Shown: positions 39,093 to 53,489, counted from the first letter of the stretch. The stretch: 64,000 nucleotides of DNA from Lytechinus pictus (GCF_037042905.1 NC_087250.1:9116001-9180000); one strand, 5' to 3'. Notes: generated by a model from the sequence alone, not told the origin. Program-made: numbers and translations.

Positions 39093-39748
39093 TAGCTGAA
39101 ATTATATTTATTAAAATTTTGGCGACCGAGGATGAGAACAATTGGATCGACAACCGATGATATCTAAATAATGATCATCACTGCAACTGATGATATCTTG
39201 TCTCCATTTATTAATTTCTTTTTCATTCATGTTTCTTACTGAAATTACATTTATTTAACATTTTGACGACCGAGGATGAGAAAAATTGGATCAATGGGCG
39301 ATTTTAGTTACCAGGGAGAAGTGTAAAACACATATGTATGAAAAAAGGAAATAAAAATGATTTCGTGTAATTATATAAGTAAAGGCAAAGTGAGGACATG
39401 AAATCATCAATCTATATATGTTGCATAATCATGACGGGGTGCATAACTGATTTTCATAAAACATTGAAATTCAATATCATCGGTATTTGGTATTAGTTTG
39501 TGATGAAATTTGCATTTTGGTCGGTGAATTTTACTTTATTCATATGATGATAATATTGCATTTATAGAGCGCTTAATTAATATCAAGATCTTTAAGCGCT
39601 TTACATTAATTAGAAGAGATATTTTACATTATTATGCTAGCATTATATACTTTATATCACATTATTACAAGGTATACTTTTGAATGAATTAAAACTAAAA
39701 CAATGAGAATAGATAAGTCTTGATAGATTTCTTGAAATTTTCCATGGA

Positions 39749-41264
39749 CAGTGGCGTAACTACGGGGGGGGGGCATGGGGGCACGTGCCCCCCCCCCCCC
39801 CCTCCCCCCCCCCAATCGGCTGCCAAAAAAAAAAAAAAAAAAAAAAAAAACGGGGAAAAGGAGAAGAGAGAGAGAGAGAGGGAGAGAAACGTAATGGGAA
39901 AGAAGAAATTATTGTTCATTATAATGGTATATAATAATAATGTTATGTTATATTACATTTCAAAAATTGCATAACTTTATGAAACGCAATTTGCTCAGGA
40001 TCCTGGTGCTCGCATTGTCTGTTTAACGAGATATATAATCCTATTGTACTAAAACCTCCCGTTTTCAAGTCAATATACACCAAATAGATTTCCTCGCACT
40101 TCGAATTATTGTTTTATGTAGTGACATATGCTTCTTTTTCATGACTACTTAAAGTGATTGTCCCATATTAAGGTCTTAATATAAAACATGTCTTGCCCGT
40201 GCTTATGTTCGCATTAGTGGATTGGTGAGATATGTATGCTCTTCATGAATTCCTAAAATCAGTCCTTAAAATGTCCCTTTTTTTATCTGAATATCAAAAA
40301 TTTTCAGCTTGCGATTTGCACTTGCATCATTTGGTTGGTGAAATACGCATGGTCTTTGTTAATTCCTACAAACAAGCCTTAAAATGTCCTCTTCAGGTCT
40401 GAATTTCCTATATTTTTCAGCTCGCGCTTCGCGCTCGCATAAATTGATTAGTAAAATGCGTATGATAACTATGATTACAATGACTGCAAAAAGTGCTTCA
40501 TGTGTTAAGATCTAATTCTAAAAAATCAGTATGCGCTTGGCACTCGCATTATATGACTATGGTGAGATTTGTGTACTCTTAATGGATTCCTTAAAATAAG
40601 GAGTCCTTAAAATATCCCTGTTTGTGGTCAATATATACAAAAATTTCAGCTCGCGCTTCGCGCTCGCATCATTTGGTTAATAAAATACGCATGGTGTTCG
40701 TGAATTCCTACAAACAAGCCTTAAAATGTCCACTTCAGATCTGAATTTCCTATATTTTTCGCGCTCGCAATATTTTATTAGTGTGATGCGTGTGATAATC
40801 ATGATTACAATGACTAAAAGTGTTTCATCTGTTTAGATGTATATAATTGTAACAAAATCAGCAAGCGCTTGGCACTCGCATTAGATGACTATGGTGAGAT
40901 ATGTATGCTCTTAATGGATTCCTAAAATGTAGTCCTCAAAACGTCCCTGTTTGGGGTCAATGTATACAAAAATTTCAGCTCGCGCTTCGCGCTCGCATTG
41001 TTTGTTTAGCGAGATAGATATGTATCATGATTACAAAAATTTGCTTATAATATCCCTTTTTGGGTCTGAATATGAAAAAAATTCAGCTCGCGCTGCGCGC
41101 GCGCATTATGCGATCAGTGAAATACATATCCGTTTAATGGCACTGTCCTTAAAATGTCTGTATTAGGTCAGTTTATCTGGCAACTGGCTTCGCGCGCTCA
41201 CTAAGTGACTAAAATAATTTATGGTGCCCCCCCCCCCAATGCCGTGACCCACTGTACGCCACTG
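39749..41264. mobile_element. hAT-like non-autonomous element with internal GCGCTTCGCGC repeat array, TSD TCCATGGA
   Basis: CAGTGGCGTA...TACGCCACTG TIR; TSD 39741-39748 and 41265-41272; ~330-bp internal duplication. Confidence 0.9.
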
Positions 41265-43954
41265 TCCATGGATGTTGCTACACGTAGTTTGGAAGGTAAA
41301 GATTTCCAGAAATGTGATGCGAGATTGGTGAAGGCACGTTATCTTTTTAAATCAATCAAGATGCAGGACAAAATGCATCATTCCACCCTGCCAACACCAC
41401 CACATTCTTTTACTCTATCCTTGTTCTTTTTATACGCATGTTATTATTTCGGTGGCGAGTTACTAAATATTGTTATTATAGTTTGATGTTTTTAACATGA
41501 TGTGGGAATATTTTTAAGCATATGGCTACAACAAACTCATTTCGCCTCTTGGCTACAATGACAATCAAACCTTTTCAATTCGATCAATTTCATGGTTTCC
41601 GAAATTGAAACGTGACTTCAACAACGATGTGATATTGACAATGAGGAAATGTATACCGAAATCATCTGTCAAGCCTAGATATGGCGTATCGCGTAATGTT
41701 CATTAAAAAAAGCTGCGAGCGAGCAAAAAAAAAGATTTTTTTTTTTATTTTTTTTTTTACAAAAATGAAATTTTGTGATAGATTGTTTCATGATATTGAG
41801 AAAATAATACCATGCTACACCCCTCTCTCCTTTTCCTTTTATTTTTCTTGGTCGTGATTTTTCTTTTGGGGGGCCTTAAACCCCCATCTGTACGTCACTG
41901 TTTGACCTTAGCACTATCCTTTAGTGATAGTAATTATTAGTAATAATTGCACGAAGAATAATACAGATTGATTACTGAGAGCACATCACTTGTGCAATAC
42001 ACGTACATATGTTCATGAAAAACTTACGAATGTCGGTTTGCACTTGTAAAACATTGTATTTCTTATCTATATCCCATTTTGTTGTAGAAATCAATGATAA
42101 CAAAACAATTCATCTGTCGTATTCGGTCATCTTATACTAACATAGGCCTACTTGTATTTTAATTTCTTTCCTTGCTGCATGAGTGTGTTATTTAGATATG
42201 TTTGTTTTGTTGATAAATTTACAATGCGTCCCACAAGAAACGAAACTGAGATTTATCATTATTGATAACTAATCATAAATACAATAGACACATTACCTAC
42301 CATTGTAAAGCTAAGAATATCTTCTTTCATCTGAAATTACTTAGACTATTTCTCATTCACGCATGAGTGGGCAAAAACAATTTGAAGAGTGGATACAAAA
42401 AAGTCAATTGGTGGGCTGTATCTGGTTTTCTAAAAGAAAACCACATTAAAAATACAAAGCGCTGCTATCCGAAATATCGGACATATAATGAGAAAATTAT
42501 GAGCATTTGAATATTTGATGATTATGATAATGATATTGATCTCTATGTAAATGATAACTGTTAAATGGTAATGATTATAATAATATAGCATAATAATACA
42601 TGTAGTGACGATATTTGTATATACAGTGATAATAATTATATTATCTATAATAATACAATTTACAGTGCTCTATGCCTTATTTTACGTATGTCAGATGTCC
42701 TACATTAGCCTTAAAATTATATTTTAAAAACATAATTCCATATTTGTTTCTCAATGTGAACCTTCCACTTTGCGATTTAATTTTATATCCCAATCTCAAC
42801 CTTCTTCACAACTTATAAATTTGTTTATTGAATTTAGTGCATGTATTTCAGTTATCATTACCATATTATAGCTCTTATTTATAAATATCTTTGGTATATA
42901 TTTTGTAACGTGTTCTCATCTATAATTTCCTTGTAAGTGCAATATACCAACATCAATTAATTAATTGTTACTTTATATTATTTGGCTATTTCATTTCACT
43001 TTTATGTAACTATAAAATTTATGTTTACATTGTAATCTTTGATTGTATCAGTCTCCCGACTGTTTTTAACAAGGAAGTATTCTGTACAATAAACCGAAAT
43101 GAATGAATGAATGAAAAAAAGATTGAGATCATTAATGCTTTGGAGATTCTCTCATCGGCAATGCGACAAATATTTGTGATGTCACATGTGAACAACTTTC
43201 CCTTTGACTGACTATAACATACCCTGAAAATGTATATTTTTGCACTTTCTTAGGGTGATACAAACTCTCTATCCATAATGTATTATTTGAAAATCTGTAT
43301 TGCATGCCCTCCTATAGAAAGAATACGTGATCTACTGATAGATGTGAATAAAAGAGGCATTTTAAGTGAAATATAGAGAAAATTAATGTGACAGTTGTTC
43401 ACAGGTGACATCACTCATCTTTGTCGCATTGCCAACGGGAGGATTTATATTAAAACAATGATCTAAACTTCAAATGCTCATAACTTTCTTAGTATTCATT
43501 CAATTTTTCTCAAACTTTCGTTTCTCTGTTACTTTGATTTTTGTGATTTTGCACAATCTATCTTGTTTCAAGGGTTTCGTTTTCCTTTAAAAGACTTCTG
43601 ATAAAATGTTAAGCGCTATATAGGCCCAAAGCAAGCATAACTATTGTAAAATATATGTATCAGATTTTGTTGTCAGTTTGCTCGTATTGTATTTGTTTTG
43701 ATGGTTAAAAATAAAAATTGAATTGATTAACTACTTTAAGGTGGTTTTAATTTAACGAAATTATTCATTGGTTGTTACGAACGAGCACAATTTGATTAGT
43801 TCTGAATTTAAGAGTTCTACAGTGAATGGTTTGTTGCACGCAGTGTGGTTTAGATGACATGTTTGGCTTCTGCACGGTCATATTTCATGCTTGATAAGAT
43901 ATGAATAGATTAATTGTTACAGAGCGTATAAAGTCCATCAAACTTATATTCAGG

Positions 43955-46856
43955 CAGGGCCCTGGGAACGATTTTTTGGCTGGGAGTGCTGAAGTAGACC
44001 TAAATTTGGGGGCGGATCCAGCTTTTGCCAATTAAGGGGGGGGGGGGGCGAAAACAAATTTACCCATATTTTCCCCGATCGGCCGCTAAAAGATGATTTC
44101 TGTTTGATTCTTCGTAACAGTCACTTCTTTGCTTTATTCTTTTAAAACAAAGTAATCTCATAAGCCATGTTTAAATAGTGCGAGCGCGAGCTATTTATTT
44201 TTTTATTTTTGAGGGGGGGGGGGAATTTCATCATATGTATCTTGTCCTGAAAATTGAACATTCTGTGCAATGTTTGTGATCCTGAACAAAATGCGTATAT
44301 AACTGTTTGAAAGAGGCTTGTTGAGGACTGTTTGTAGTTAGCAATAAAGCGAGCGCGAAGCGCGAGCTGAACATTTTCGACATTCCAACCTAAAAAATGC
44401 AAATTCTAAGCATATGTTATAATCATGGGCAGGATGGGCATATAACTAAACCACTGCGAGCACTATAAAGCGTGAGCGGACAAAAAACATGAGATTTAGT
44501 CCTAAAACGGGTCACTCTATTCATGTTTTGTAAATCATGAAAAGATTTGGTAATTGGGTATCCTAAATCAATAATGTGAGCGCAAAGCGCAAGCAGAAAA
44601 TTTCAGTCTGAAACTGGATAATTTAAGCATGTTTCAAATAAAGAACAAGCTGTGTATCTCAATAAACATGCGTGCGTGTGTTTAAGATTTATACCTAGTA
44701 TCTGGGCATTCTAAATACATTTTTTTAAATTATAAAAGTCAATAATTTGATCGCGAAGAGCGTGCTGAAAATATTTGATATTCTTATCTGGAAAAGGGTC
44801 AATTTAAGCACTAATTCAAGCGCTATGTGGAAATATTGTGAAGTGGATGTTATGGATCGCTCTTAATAAATGATGTGAGCGCGAAGCGCAAGGAGATATT
44901 TTTATTATTTTTATTTTGATCAATGACCTGAACATTCTAATGACATTTTGTCATCATATAAAAATGATGACTTTCTTCTATTCCTCTTCCTAAGCGCGAG
45001 ATATTCCATTCTGAAAAAAAAAGGACAATTTAATTATTAGGAAGTCATGAAAATATTATTTTTGTATTTGAAGAGCTCACTTGCAAAAGGGGTTAGGTCC
45101 ATTTTTCATCAAATTTGATTTTTTGGTCTCAATGTATAGATTTTTAGTAGCTCTATAAGATACCAAAGACAAGTTGAAATTCCTATTTAAAAGTGATCAA
45201 AAATGGCAAAGAAAAATCACTTTTTTTTCAAAAGGGGTTAGGTCCATTTCAGTTTAGTTGCAAAAGGGATTAGGTCCACACCGAATTTTTTTGGAAAAGA
45301 ATATTTAAAAAAATATGAATAAAGGTAGATTTCTTTTATACCCAAGTTTATTTTCTCATGGTAGGGAATCTTGAAAATTAAGTTTCGCATAAGAATATGC
45401 AATATAGGAGAATAAAAAAAATGATTTTCTTGGAGTGGACCTAACCCCTTTTGCAAACAAACTCTTCTGAAGAGCTCATTTTTCAAAAGGGGTTAGGTCC
45501 ATTGTTCATAAATTTTATTGTTTTCTGTCTCAAAACCTCTAAATGTTTAGTCGCTTTGATGAAAACAAACAAAATTTGAAATTTACATGAAAACGTGAAT
45601 AAAAGTGGCAAAGAAAATCACTTTTTAATCAAAATAGATTAGATCAATTTCAGTTAACTTTCAAAAGGGGTAAGGTCCACAATGATAATTTAAAAAAGAA
45701 TTTATAGAAAGAAATTGAAAACAGGTAGATTTCTTTTATACCCAATTTTATGTTCACATGATAGGGTAGTACATCATGACAATTTAGTTTCTCATAAGAA
45801 TATTGCAGTAAGTGAGAATAAAAAAACATGTTTTTTCTCAGAATGGTCCAAAGTGGACCTAAGCCCTTTTGCAACTAAACTCTTCATTTACTAATCTAAT
45901 AAGCCTAATGGCAGCTCGGAATTTGTTAATATTAATTCCTGAAAACTGGACATTTTAAGCACTTTTGTAAATATGAATAGGATGCATGGGTTAATATATT
46001 TTTAACAACTTAATCAGAGCGCAAATCGCGATGTCATGAAAAGGGGATTTTGAGTGGATTGTTATAGAATTGCTTATTATTATAGAGGAAATTATTGAGG
46101 TATACATTACTCAACAATCAAATGCGAGCGCGCAGCGCTGGCTGATAGGTCACTGGAGGTTTTGACAATCAAAGCTGAAAAGGGATATTTTGAGAACTTT
46201 ATGGAATACCAGAAGAGAATAGGTACATGACAAATCAAATAACGCGAGCGCGCAGTGCGAGCTGAAAATGTTGATACTGAGACAATAAAACTGACATTTT
46301 ACAGAGCACTTTTTGAAAATCAATTTATAAATCAAACAAAATAATAAAAGTTCGATATCGGAGCTGAAATATGTTTTGTATATTGACTTCAAAACTTGAT
46401 ATCCATATCAGCATATTGAGGAAAAATCTCATGTAGGCGTATCTCATCAAACATGCAATGCGAACGCGAAGCGCTCGCGAAGTGACATGAAAGGTTTTTA
46501 TTTTATTTTTCAAGTCGTCCCCTCACCTTATTTTATTCCCTCTTCTTCATCCTCTTATTTTCTCCTCTCTTTTCCCTTCTTTCTCTTTTTAAAATGCCTC
46601 CCCCTTATTTTGCTCCGCCAATAGGGAGTCCCGGGCCCCCTGGATCCGCCTATGTAAGTTGACAAGCAAAAAAAAATTCACTACAAAATGATTGTCGTTT
46701 TGGTGCCAAGAAATTTGATAAGTCTAAAAAGGAGTTTCAACACAAGATGTTGGTCATTTTCAATACATTTCTCCTATGCGACACACCAACCAGAATTCCA
46801 GGGGGTGCTGCCTATAGAAAATAATCCACGCAGCACCCCCGCTTCCCAGGTCCTAG
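43955..46856. mobile_element. hAT-like MITE (TSD TATTCAGG) containing a nested GGCGGATCCA-type element (about 44008-46654)
   Basis: CAGGGCCCTGGGAA / TTCCCAGGTCCTAG imperfect TIR; TSD 43947-43954 and 46857-46864; inner GGGGCGGATCCA...TGGATCCGCCTATG. Confidence 0.8.
45070..45885. mobile_element. Sola-like MITE, 4-bp TSD ATTT
   Basis: ATTT|GAAGAGCTCACTTGCAAAAGGGGTTAGGTCCA ... TGGACCTAAGCCCTTTTGCAACTAAACTCTTC|ATTT. Confidence 0.82.
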
Positions 46857-47257
46857 TATTCAGGTGAAGACAAAAGTAAAACGCATTATAGATAAATAAA
46901 AGTTTGAGAGGAACAATGTAGAGCAAATACCCATGGATGGATTTGGTGGCAGTACTTTAGCCAACCTTGCCCTTCCATGGCCTCGTTACATGTCACGTAT
47001 AGGCCTCCACAGAAAAAAAATGCTGTTCATTTTTTTGTTAATGCAACGTTGTTTATGCTTAATTCATTGAGAATCGAAAATCAAAAATGGAACTGTGTTG
47101 TTAAAGATTTGAAACATTTGTTTTTTACTTTTAAACAATACTGTAATATATAGTAAATAGTGTTTATGGAAATTTTTAAACAGTGATTTTACTATGTATA
47201 CAAACTTTATCTTTTAAGGAGAAAATTATAGTCCTATCCTATATATCTATAGAGAAG
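46648..47257 (+). repeat. ~600-bp direct repeat, copy 1
   Basis: Aligns by eye to 48123-48734 from GCCTATGTAAGTTGACAAGC to TATCTATAGAGAAG. Confidence 0.92.
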
Positions 47258-48128
47258 GCTTTGCTTTATATTTCAGATAAAGATTATTCTTCCTATTTAT
47301 ACATCTGAGAAAGCTAGTTGTGATCCATGGAGATCTGGGGCTTCTTTTCCTACTACGCTGATTAGATTGTCTTACCGGGAGACATTCATTAAATAAATTA
47401 GTCAATTTATCCATAAAATCGTCAAAACAATTATTTATTTCAATCATATAATAAATATCACCCCAGTCTAGTTCATCAAGTCTATCTTTGAATATGTTAA
47501 TATTTCCCTCAGAAAAAAATCGTGTGTATATTTTAGAAGGTTGTTGAGTCTGTTGTAGAATTGGGAAATTTGCGAATACTGGGACGTGATCCGTGATATC
47601 AGAGATGACCACTCCAGCGTGTGGAAAAGGATGCATATTGGTAAATATATTGTCTATTAGAGTGGAGGAGTGTTCCGAAATACAAGTTGGTTTAGATATA
47701 AGTGGAATAAATGATGACGTAAGGAATGTTCCATAGAACTCCTGAACAAAGGAATCAGTATCATATTTCAGTAGATTAGCATTAAAATCACCCATTAAAA
47801 AGCAATCCTTACTCCGTAAAATCGGGTTAGAAAGAATGTTTTTGAGATTTAACAAAAAATCATTATGACTGGAATTAGGAGGTCGATATATTACTCCAAT
47901 TACAATATTTTTTCTACCGACGAATTCGATTTCTATAAAAATTGTTTCTATGGAATCATTGACATGGTTTAAAACATTTTTTTCTTCAATATAATTAAAG
48001 TCAGATTTAATGTATAACGCAACGCCACCTCCCTGTCTGTTGGGTCTATTGTTCACTATTAAGTCATAACCTTGTAGGGAATATAATGAGTGTGGTGTAT
48101 CTGAAAGCCAAGTTTCGGTTAAGCCTAT
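47252..48128 (-). pseudogene. Internal fragment of a CR1-group LINE ORF2 (AP-endonuclease domain and linker)
   Basis: IGLTETWL, GGGVALYI, GVIYRPP, MGDFN, TLIDNIF, ITDHVP motifs; lacks both LINE ends. Confidence 0.92.
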
Positions 48129-48734
48129 GTAAGTTGACAAGCCAAAAAAAGTTTCACTACAAAATGAATGTCGTTTTGGTGCCAAGAAATTTGATAAGCC
48201 AACAAAGGAGTTTCAACACAAGATGTTGGTCATTTTCAATACATTTCTCTTATGTGACACACCAACCAGAATTCCAGGGGGTGCTGCCTATGGAAAATAA
48301 TACACGAAGCACCCCCGCTTCCCAGGTCTATGTATTCAGGTGAAGACAAAAGTAAAACGCATTATAGATAAATAAAAGTTTGAGAGGAACAATGTAGAGC
48401 AAATACCCATGGATGGATTTGGTGGCAGTACTTTAGCCAACCTTGCCCTCCCATGGCCTCGTTACATGTCACGTATAGGCCTCCACAGAAAAAAAATGCT
48501 GTTAAATTTTTTGTTAATGCAACGTTGTTTAGTATATGAACATTACTGTTGTTGATTAACACTTTAACAATTATGCTTAATTCATTGAGAATCGAAAATA
48601 AAAAAATGGAACTGTGTTGTTAAAGACTTGAAACATTTGTTTTTGGAAATTTTTAAACAGTGATTTTACTCTGCATACAAATTTTATCTTTTAAGGAAAC
48701 AATTATAGTCCTATCCAATATATCTATAGAGAAG
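48123..48734 (+). repeat. ~600-bp direct repeat, copy 2
   Basis: See copy 1; each copy carries its own ~40-nt deletion. Confidence 0.92.
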
Positions 48735-50239
48735 TCTATGACATGTTTCAGTGGTTAGGTGTAGTTTGATTGGATTATGATGTATGATTGTATGATAGAA
48801 TAGGATTAGATATACCGGGAATAATAATAATAATAATGATGATGATAATGATAATAATATATTTTATAGAGCGCCATCCATCTAGAAATTTAGAAATAAT
48901 CTACTAGTATTCCGTTGCTTATAATATTATCATCATTATTATTATAATTACTACCCCGGTTTTACAAGGTCGAGTTGCCTACCAGCGCTCCGTGCATTTA
49001 AGAAATTAGAGTTTTCGCATTTACTGCGGAGCCGCTCTCTACAACGCACCAATTATATACAAAATGTAAGCCAAACCACAATTGAGAGCTGAGAGGCTTT
49101 TGTCCAGGGGCGAAAATCTCTCCCAAAAGGTAGGGGGGGGGGGGACAAGGGGCTGGAAAATTTCACAAGCAAAAAAGAAAAGAAAAAAAAAGGTTATCAC
49201 CACCAAATGAATGTCATTTCGACGAAAATAAATTTGACAAGCAAAAAAAAAGGGTTATCATCCAAAAGGTAAAGTCATATCGCCCTAAAATACATGTTTT
49301 GTTTCGATTTTTAAAGATGTATTTCTTACCATTATAAAAGACCAGAAATAGTAGGGGGACATTTTATATTGTGTCCCCCCTACTATTTTGAGTCCCCCCT
49401 GGTATTTCCGTCCATGCCAGAGTCAAGAGACTACGCTGCTGTCCCAGTCTCTTTCTCTCTCTCTCTCTCTCTCTCTCCAATTCGTGTTCAAATCTCACAC
49501 CAACTCTTGATCGGAACTGTTGCTAAATTCACACTAACGAAAACGGCGAATTGTCTACTTGGGTGTTGCAAGAATTTTGCGATCAATTGCAAGTCTATTT
49601 TTTGGTTCCTAAATCAATTATATGTCTTGTAGTTAATTGCAAATTGGTGATTGGTTGCTAGTCGGCTCCTTGAAACAAGAAGTTTAATCTGACTTGCTAT
49701 AACTAACGTTGATCTATCAGTTATAAAATTGCAACAGAAAATTTGCAATTGATCGCAAATATTTTCTTATGTCACGCAATAGCTTTTGTTGATCTGGAGT
49801 AGATGACGCCGGTCTAACTGAAGCATTTATAGCTTCGCGACGCCCGACGGACCAAAGAAGGAGAAATGTATTGAAAATGCGCGTACAAATGACAATGTAC
49901 AGCTTGGAGGTCCTTTTTGAAAATGGGTGAACCGGAACAACAGTGTCGTCCTAGGATTCGGAGCTCACGAAAAATCGCAAATCCGCCCGTTTTTGTCAGG
50001 GTCCAAGAGGACGAAACTGCTGTTTTGATTCACAAATTTTTGGCAAATTCTTCTTGGTTGTTAATTGCCATGAAGATGATGAAGGGCATTTGATATGATA
50101 CATGTTATATGTTCTTGAATCTGTCTTGCATCGTGGAGAGGAAATTCCCTATTACCTGAGACATGTGAGAGGTCGCCATGGCGCAACGTCCTTGTTCAAG
50201 CAGACTTGAACCATCTTCATCAACCTTGTTTGTCAACTA

Positions 50240-50686
50240 GGGTGTAAGGAAGCTTTAAAAGTCATATCGACTTGGCGATATGTCGAAATATTTGATCTTG
50301 CAATGAACGCATGTCGACTAAATAACGGTATTATGTCTACATGGTCTGATACGTTATCTTGCCAATTTAAACTTGGTAGTTTAAACTTGGTAGTACTTTT
50401 CTGAGCTAACATCCAATCAAGAGATGGACCTGTCCATGGAGGATTATATATTGTTACCGGGGTGCTGTGACAATGCTCAGCACCCCCAGTAACAATAGAA
50501 TAATCCTCCATGGCAACGTCCATGAATCAAGAAAGATTAACAAACAGTCCTTTTCAGGACTAACATACATGGTGTTTACCGTAAAAACCTCCAATATTCT
50601 CTCCACCATGGAAACCTTCAAAGATCATCCTAAACTTGGTAGTTTTGTTATTACATCGGCATGGCGAGATATATACAGTTACCTTG

Positions 50687-50759
<73 letters not shown>

Positions 50760-51112
50760 CGTTATGTTTACATAACGAGATGGGCCCACCACTTAGTGGG
50801 TCATGTTGACGTATATGATGACGTATATCGCCATGTCAACATTCAGCTAATTCTAAGTCGACTTGACAACACAATTTATCTCGTCACGTCGACATTTTTT
50901 CCACGTCGACTAGTTAAGATTAAATATTTTTTAACATATTTAAGCTATTAAAATGACTTGGCAGGACAATGTATCTCGCTATGTAGACATAGCTCCTTTA
51001 TTCATGTAACATTAACATTACCCAATTAGAGAACGACATTATGTCAACGTGGTAACGTAAAATATTTTGCCAGCTCGTGAAGACGGTGGCACTTTAAAGC
51101 TTCCCTAAACCC
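50240..51112. mobile_element. TIR non-autonomous element with internal (TA)n (50692-50758)
   Basis: GGGTGTAAGGAAGCTTTAAAAGT / ACTTTAAAGCTTCCCTAAACCC; flanks AACTA/AACTC. Confidence 0.72.
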
Positions 51113-51808
51113 AACTCACCTAATACAATATTAGCAATCATTTCACCTCAGTCGGAAACACCACTTTCTTAACTAAATATTTTAAATTTCCTTAAACACG
51201 ATAAATTATTACGCATTTATGTTTGATTTTTTTATTTTATTTAGTTCTACCCACAAAGATAATCATTCATAGACAACAGAAGAAACAATGTAACTATGAA
51301 ATCATGTTCTACATTATATACCAGAAAATTATATCAGTTTTTAGAAGTAACTTTATAAGAAAGTACCTGTATGTATACGATTTGTTGACTTTAGTCACGA
51401 TGGACTATCAGATATGAATCACTTTTCTGGTTGAATATTTACATTCGGCTGCAAAACATTATTCATTTTTCCTGCATTTTCTATCGTTTTCAAAATTTAT
51501 TAAAACCAGATGAAGTTTCTGCAACACGAGTTTGATTTCTGATTTCTATTTAATAAAATAAGTATAGTTGATCTGGAAATTGTTTGCTGTCAGAGTGATC
51601 CTTTGTTCGGGTAGGAAAAAAGTGCATTACGTTCATTTAAATCAAATTTAGATTTAACAGCAAAATCAGATGAACCTCAATTAAGACAATATTGATTTTT
51701 AAAATATTATGGTTGATATGGGAATCGTAAGCTTTCAGAAAGATGTCTTGGCTTGGGTAGAAGATCGGTGAAGATTCTCGTGTTCTTCTCCATGGCAGTC
51801 AAGTACTT

Positions 51809-51889
51809 TCAGCAGTTGTTCAACGTACCGGCGACAGCTCTCTTCAGCCTCCGGATGAACGGAGTTAGCTTCATGCCGTTTTCGGCTGC
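51809..51889 (-). CDS. Putative exon 2 of small secreted peptide precursor (AAENGMKLTPFIRRLKRAVAGTLNNC*); alternative frame open to 51735
   Basis: Acceptor TTTGTTTTATTCCATAACAG|GCA; GC-richer island in AT-rich DNA; phase 0 matches the exon 1 donor; AATAAA on minus strand at 51496-51501. Confidence 0.5.
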   Translation of the reverse strand, partial: AAENGMKLTPFIRRLKRAVAGTLNNC

Positions 51890-53299
51890 CTGTTATGGAA
51901 TAAAACAAATCATACACGGCCATAATAATGCGTATTCTCAGAATAGGCCTATTCGCAGTGAAAGAAGGTAATTATGTTTATATTCAGTCCTTAGAGGCGA
52001 AGTTTAGCCTGAAAATAAGTTCGGTATAATGAAAGAAGAACAGAAATAAAAACAGAGAAAAATTGGTGAACTATTGATACAAATCCATCAAAGAAAATAA
52101 AGTTATGAAGTTTAGTTGGTTTTTGGTCTGTGACGTCATATACGAACATTCCAACATTAGAGTTTAACGAATCACAATGAATAAAATTGTGTTTTTATAT
52201 GAGGGAGTATGGAACAACATGTCTGATGATAGCACTTTTCTCCTTTGGGAAAAGTTGATTCGGGGGATTTTATATCAATGACACAACATAATTAAGGAAG
52301 AGCCACTAGTCTGCAACGCCACAAAACAAAACTTTAAACCTTTAAAATTCATTTTGTAGAACAAACTGTTGTCTTCATTGTGTTTGTCCGTAACATATAC
52401 ATTCTTGTATGATGAAACGAATTCCAATCGGTCCTTCAATTTGTTAAAATCCATACAAAAGTATTTTCTTGCAAAGCTGGATGAAGAATGTTATGCTTCT
52501 TTTTAAGTTTTGTATTCATGAGCGTTTCCCCCCCAAACAAAAAACAGATCCCTATTATCTTTACGCCGGCTAGTATTTCATACAGTGTTTTACTCAAAGA
52601 AAATACGCATTCTCGCAGCTTTCAAAATGATTGCTTTTACTATCTAACAGATTGCAATTTTTCAAGTGACCATTTCTTATTACAATTGTATCAATAGCGC
52701 CTAGAAAACAATAAATTTTAAATAGTCAAATACCGGTAATACCTAATATTCAAAATTGATGATTGCATGACTCTATAATATTTATATTTTTTTTGCACCA
52801 AAAATAATTAAAATTATCAATTACATTTTAATCCGAAACATCGTTTTGTCTCTCTTTTTATTTCGAATAACTGACATATTCAAAATTTGATTGAATTCCA
52901 TACATCGTTCATGAAAATAGAAAAAGATAGATGAGGCCAAATAAAAAATGGGGAGGGGTGAAAACCCCGAAACCCACATAATGGGAGAATGTTATTTCGG
53001 CCCTATCCAATTTATCCGGACCGTGCACGGTGCACCCCTCCCCCAAACACAAATACTTTGAGAGCTGCCCCCCCCCCCTAAAAAATAATAAAAGAAATAG
53101 ATAAATAAATATATTTTCAGTATAATAAATATGTCAGGAATACGTAGCCTAAATGAAGAACCTTTATTTATTTTTGTTTTTGCTTGTCAGAGTTTTCCGA
53201 ACAAGATGCCCTCCTCCTTTGTGTGTGTGTGAGGGGGAGGGGGGACTGGACCAAACCCTGGTCCAATTATGTGGGAAAATGAGTGACGGGGCCGATTCG

Positions 53300-53480
53300 A
53301 CGGTGACATGACATTTGCTCCTGCGAAATTGCTCCGGGTTTAAATTATGTCATATAAAATGTAGGGTGAGGGTTGCCAGAGGAGTTTTATGTTAGCTTTA
53401 TGCCAGGTTTAGGGTAGGGTATATATTGGGGTAGATCCAGTCGCCGAAGCAATTATTGTCACGGAGGCAATATGTAATAC
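53300..53480. mobile_element. Small MITE with telomere-like AGGGT(T/G)AGGG core (second copy at about 15363-15531)
   Basis: Shared CGGTGACA..CATTTGCTCCTGC..AATTGCTCCGGG start and inverted GCAAT..GTC..GAGCAA end. Confidence 0.65.
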
Positions 53481-53489
53481 CTGGCTTAC

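Noticed and set aside
46648..48734. LTR retroelement reading of the 600-bp direct repeats
   Set aside because: No CA end, PBS, PPT or flanking TSD seen; the repeats contain part of a MITE and its TSD, and the interior is a LINE endonuclease fragment
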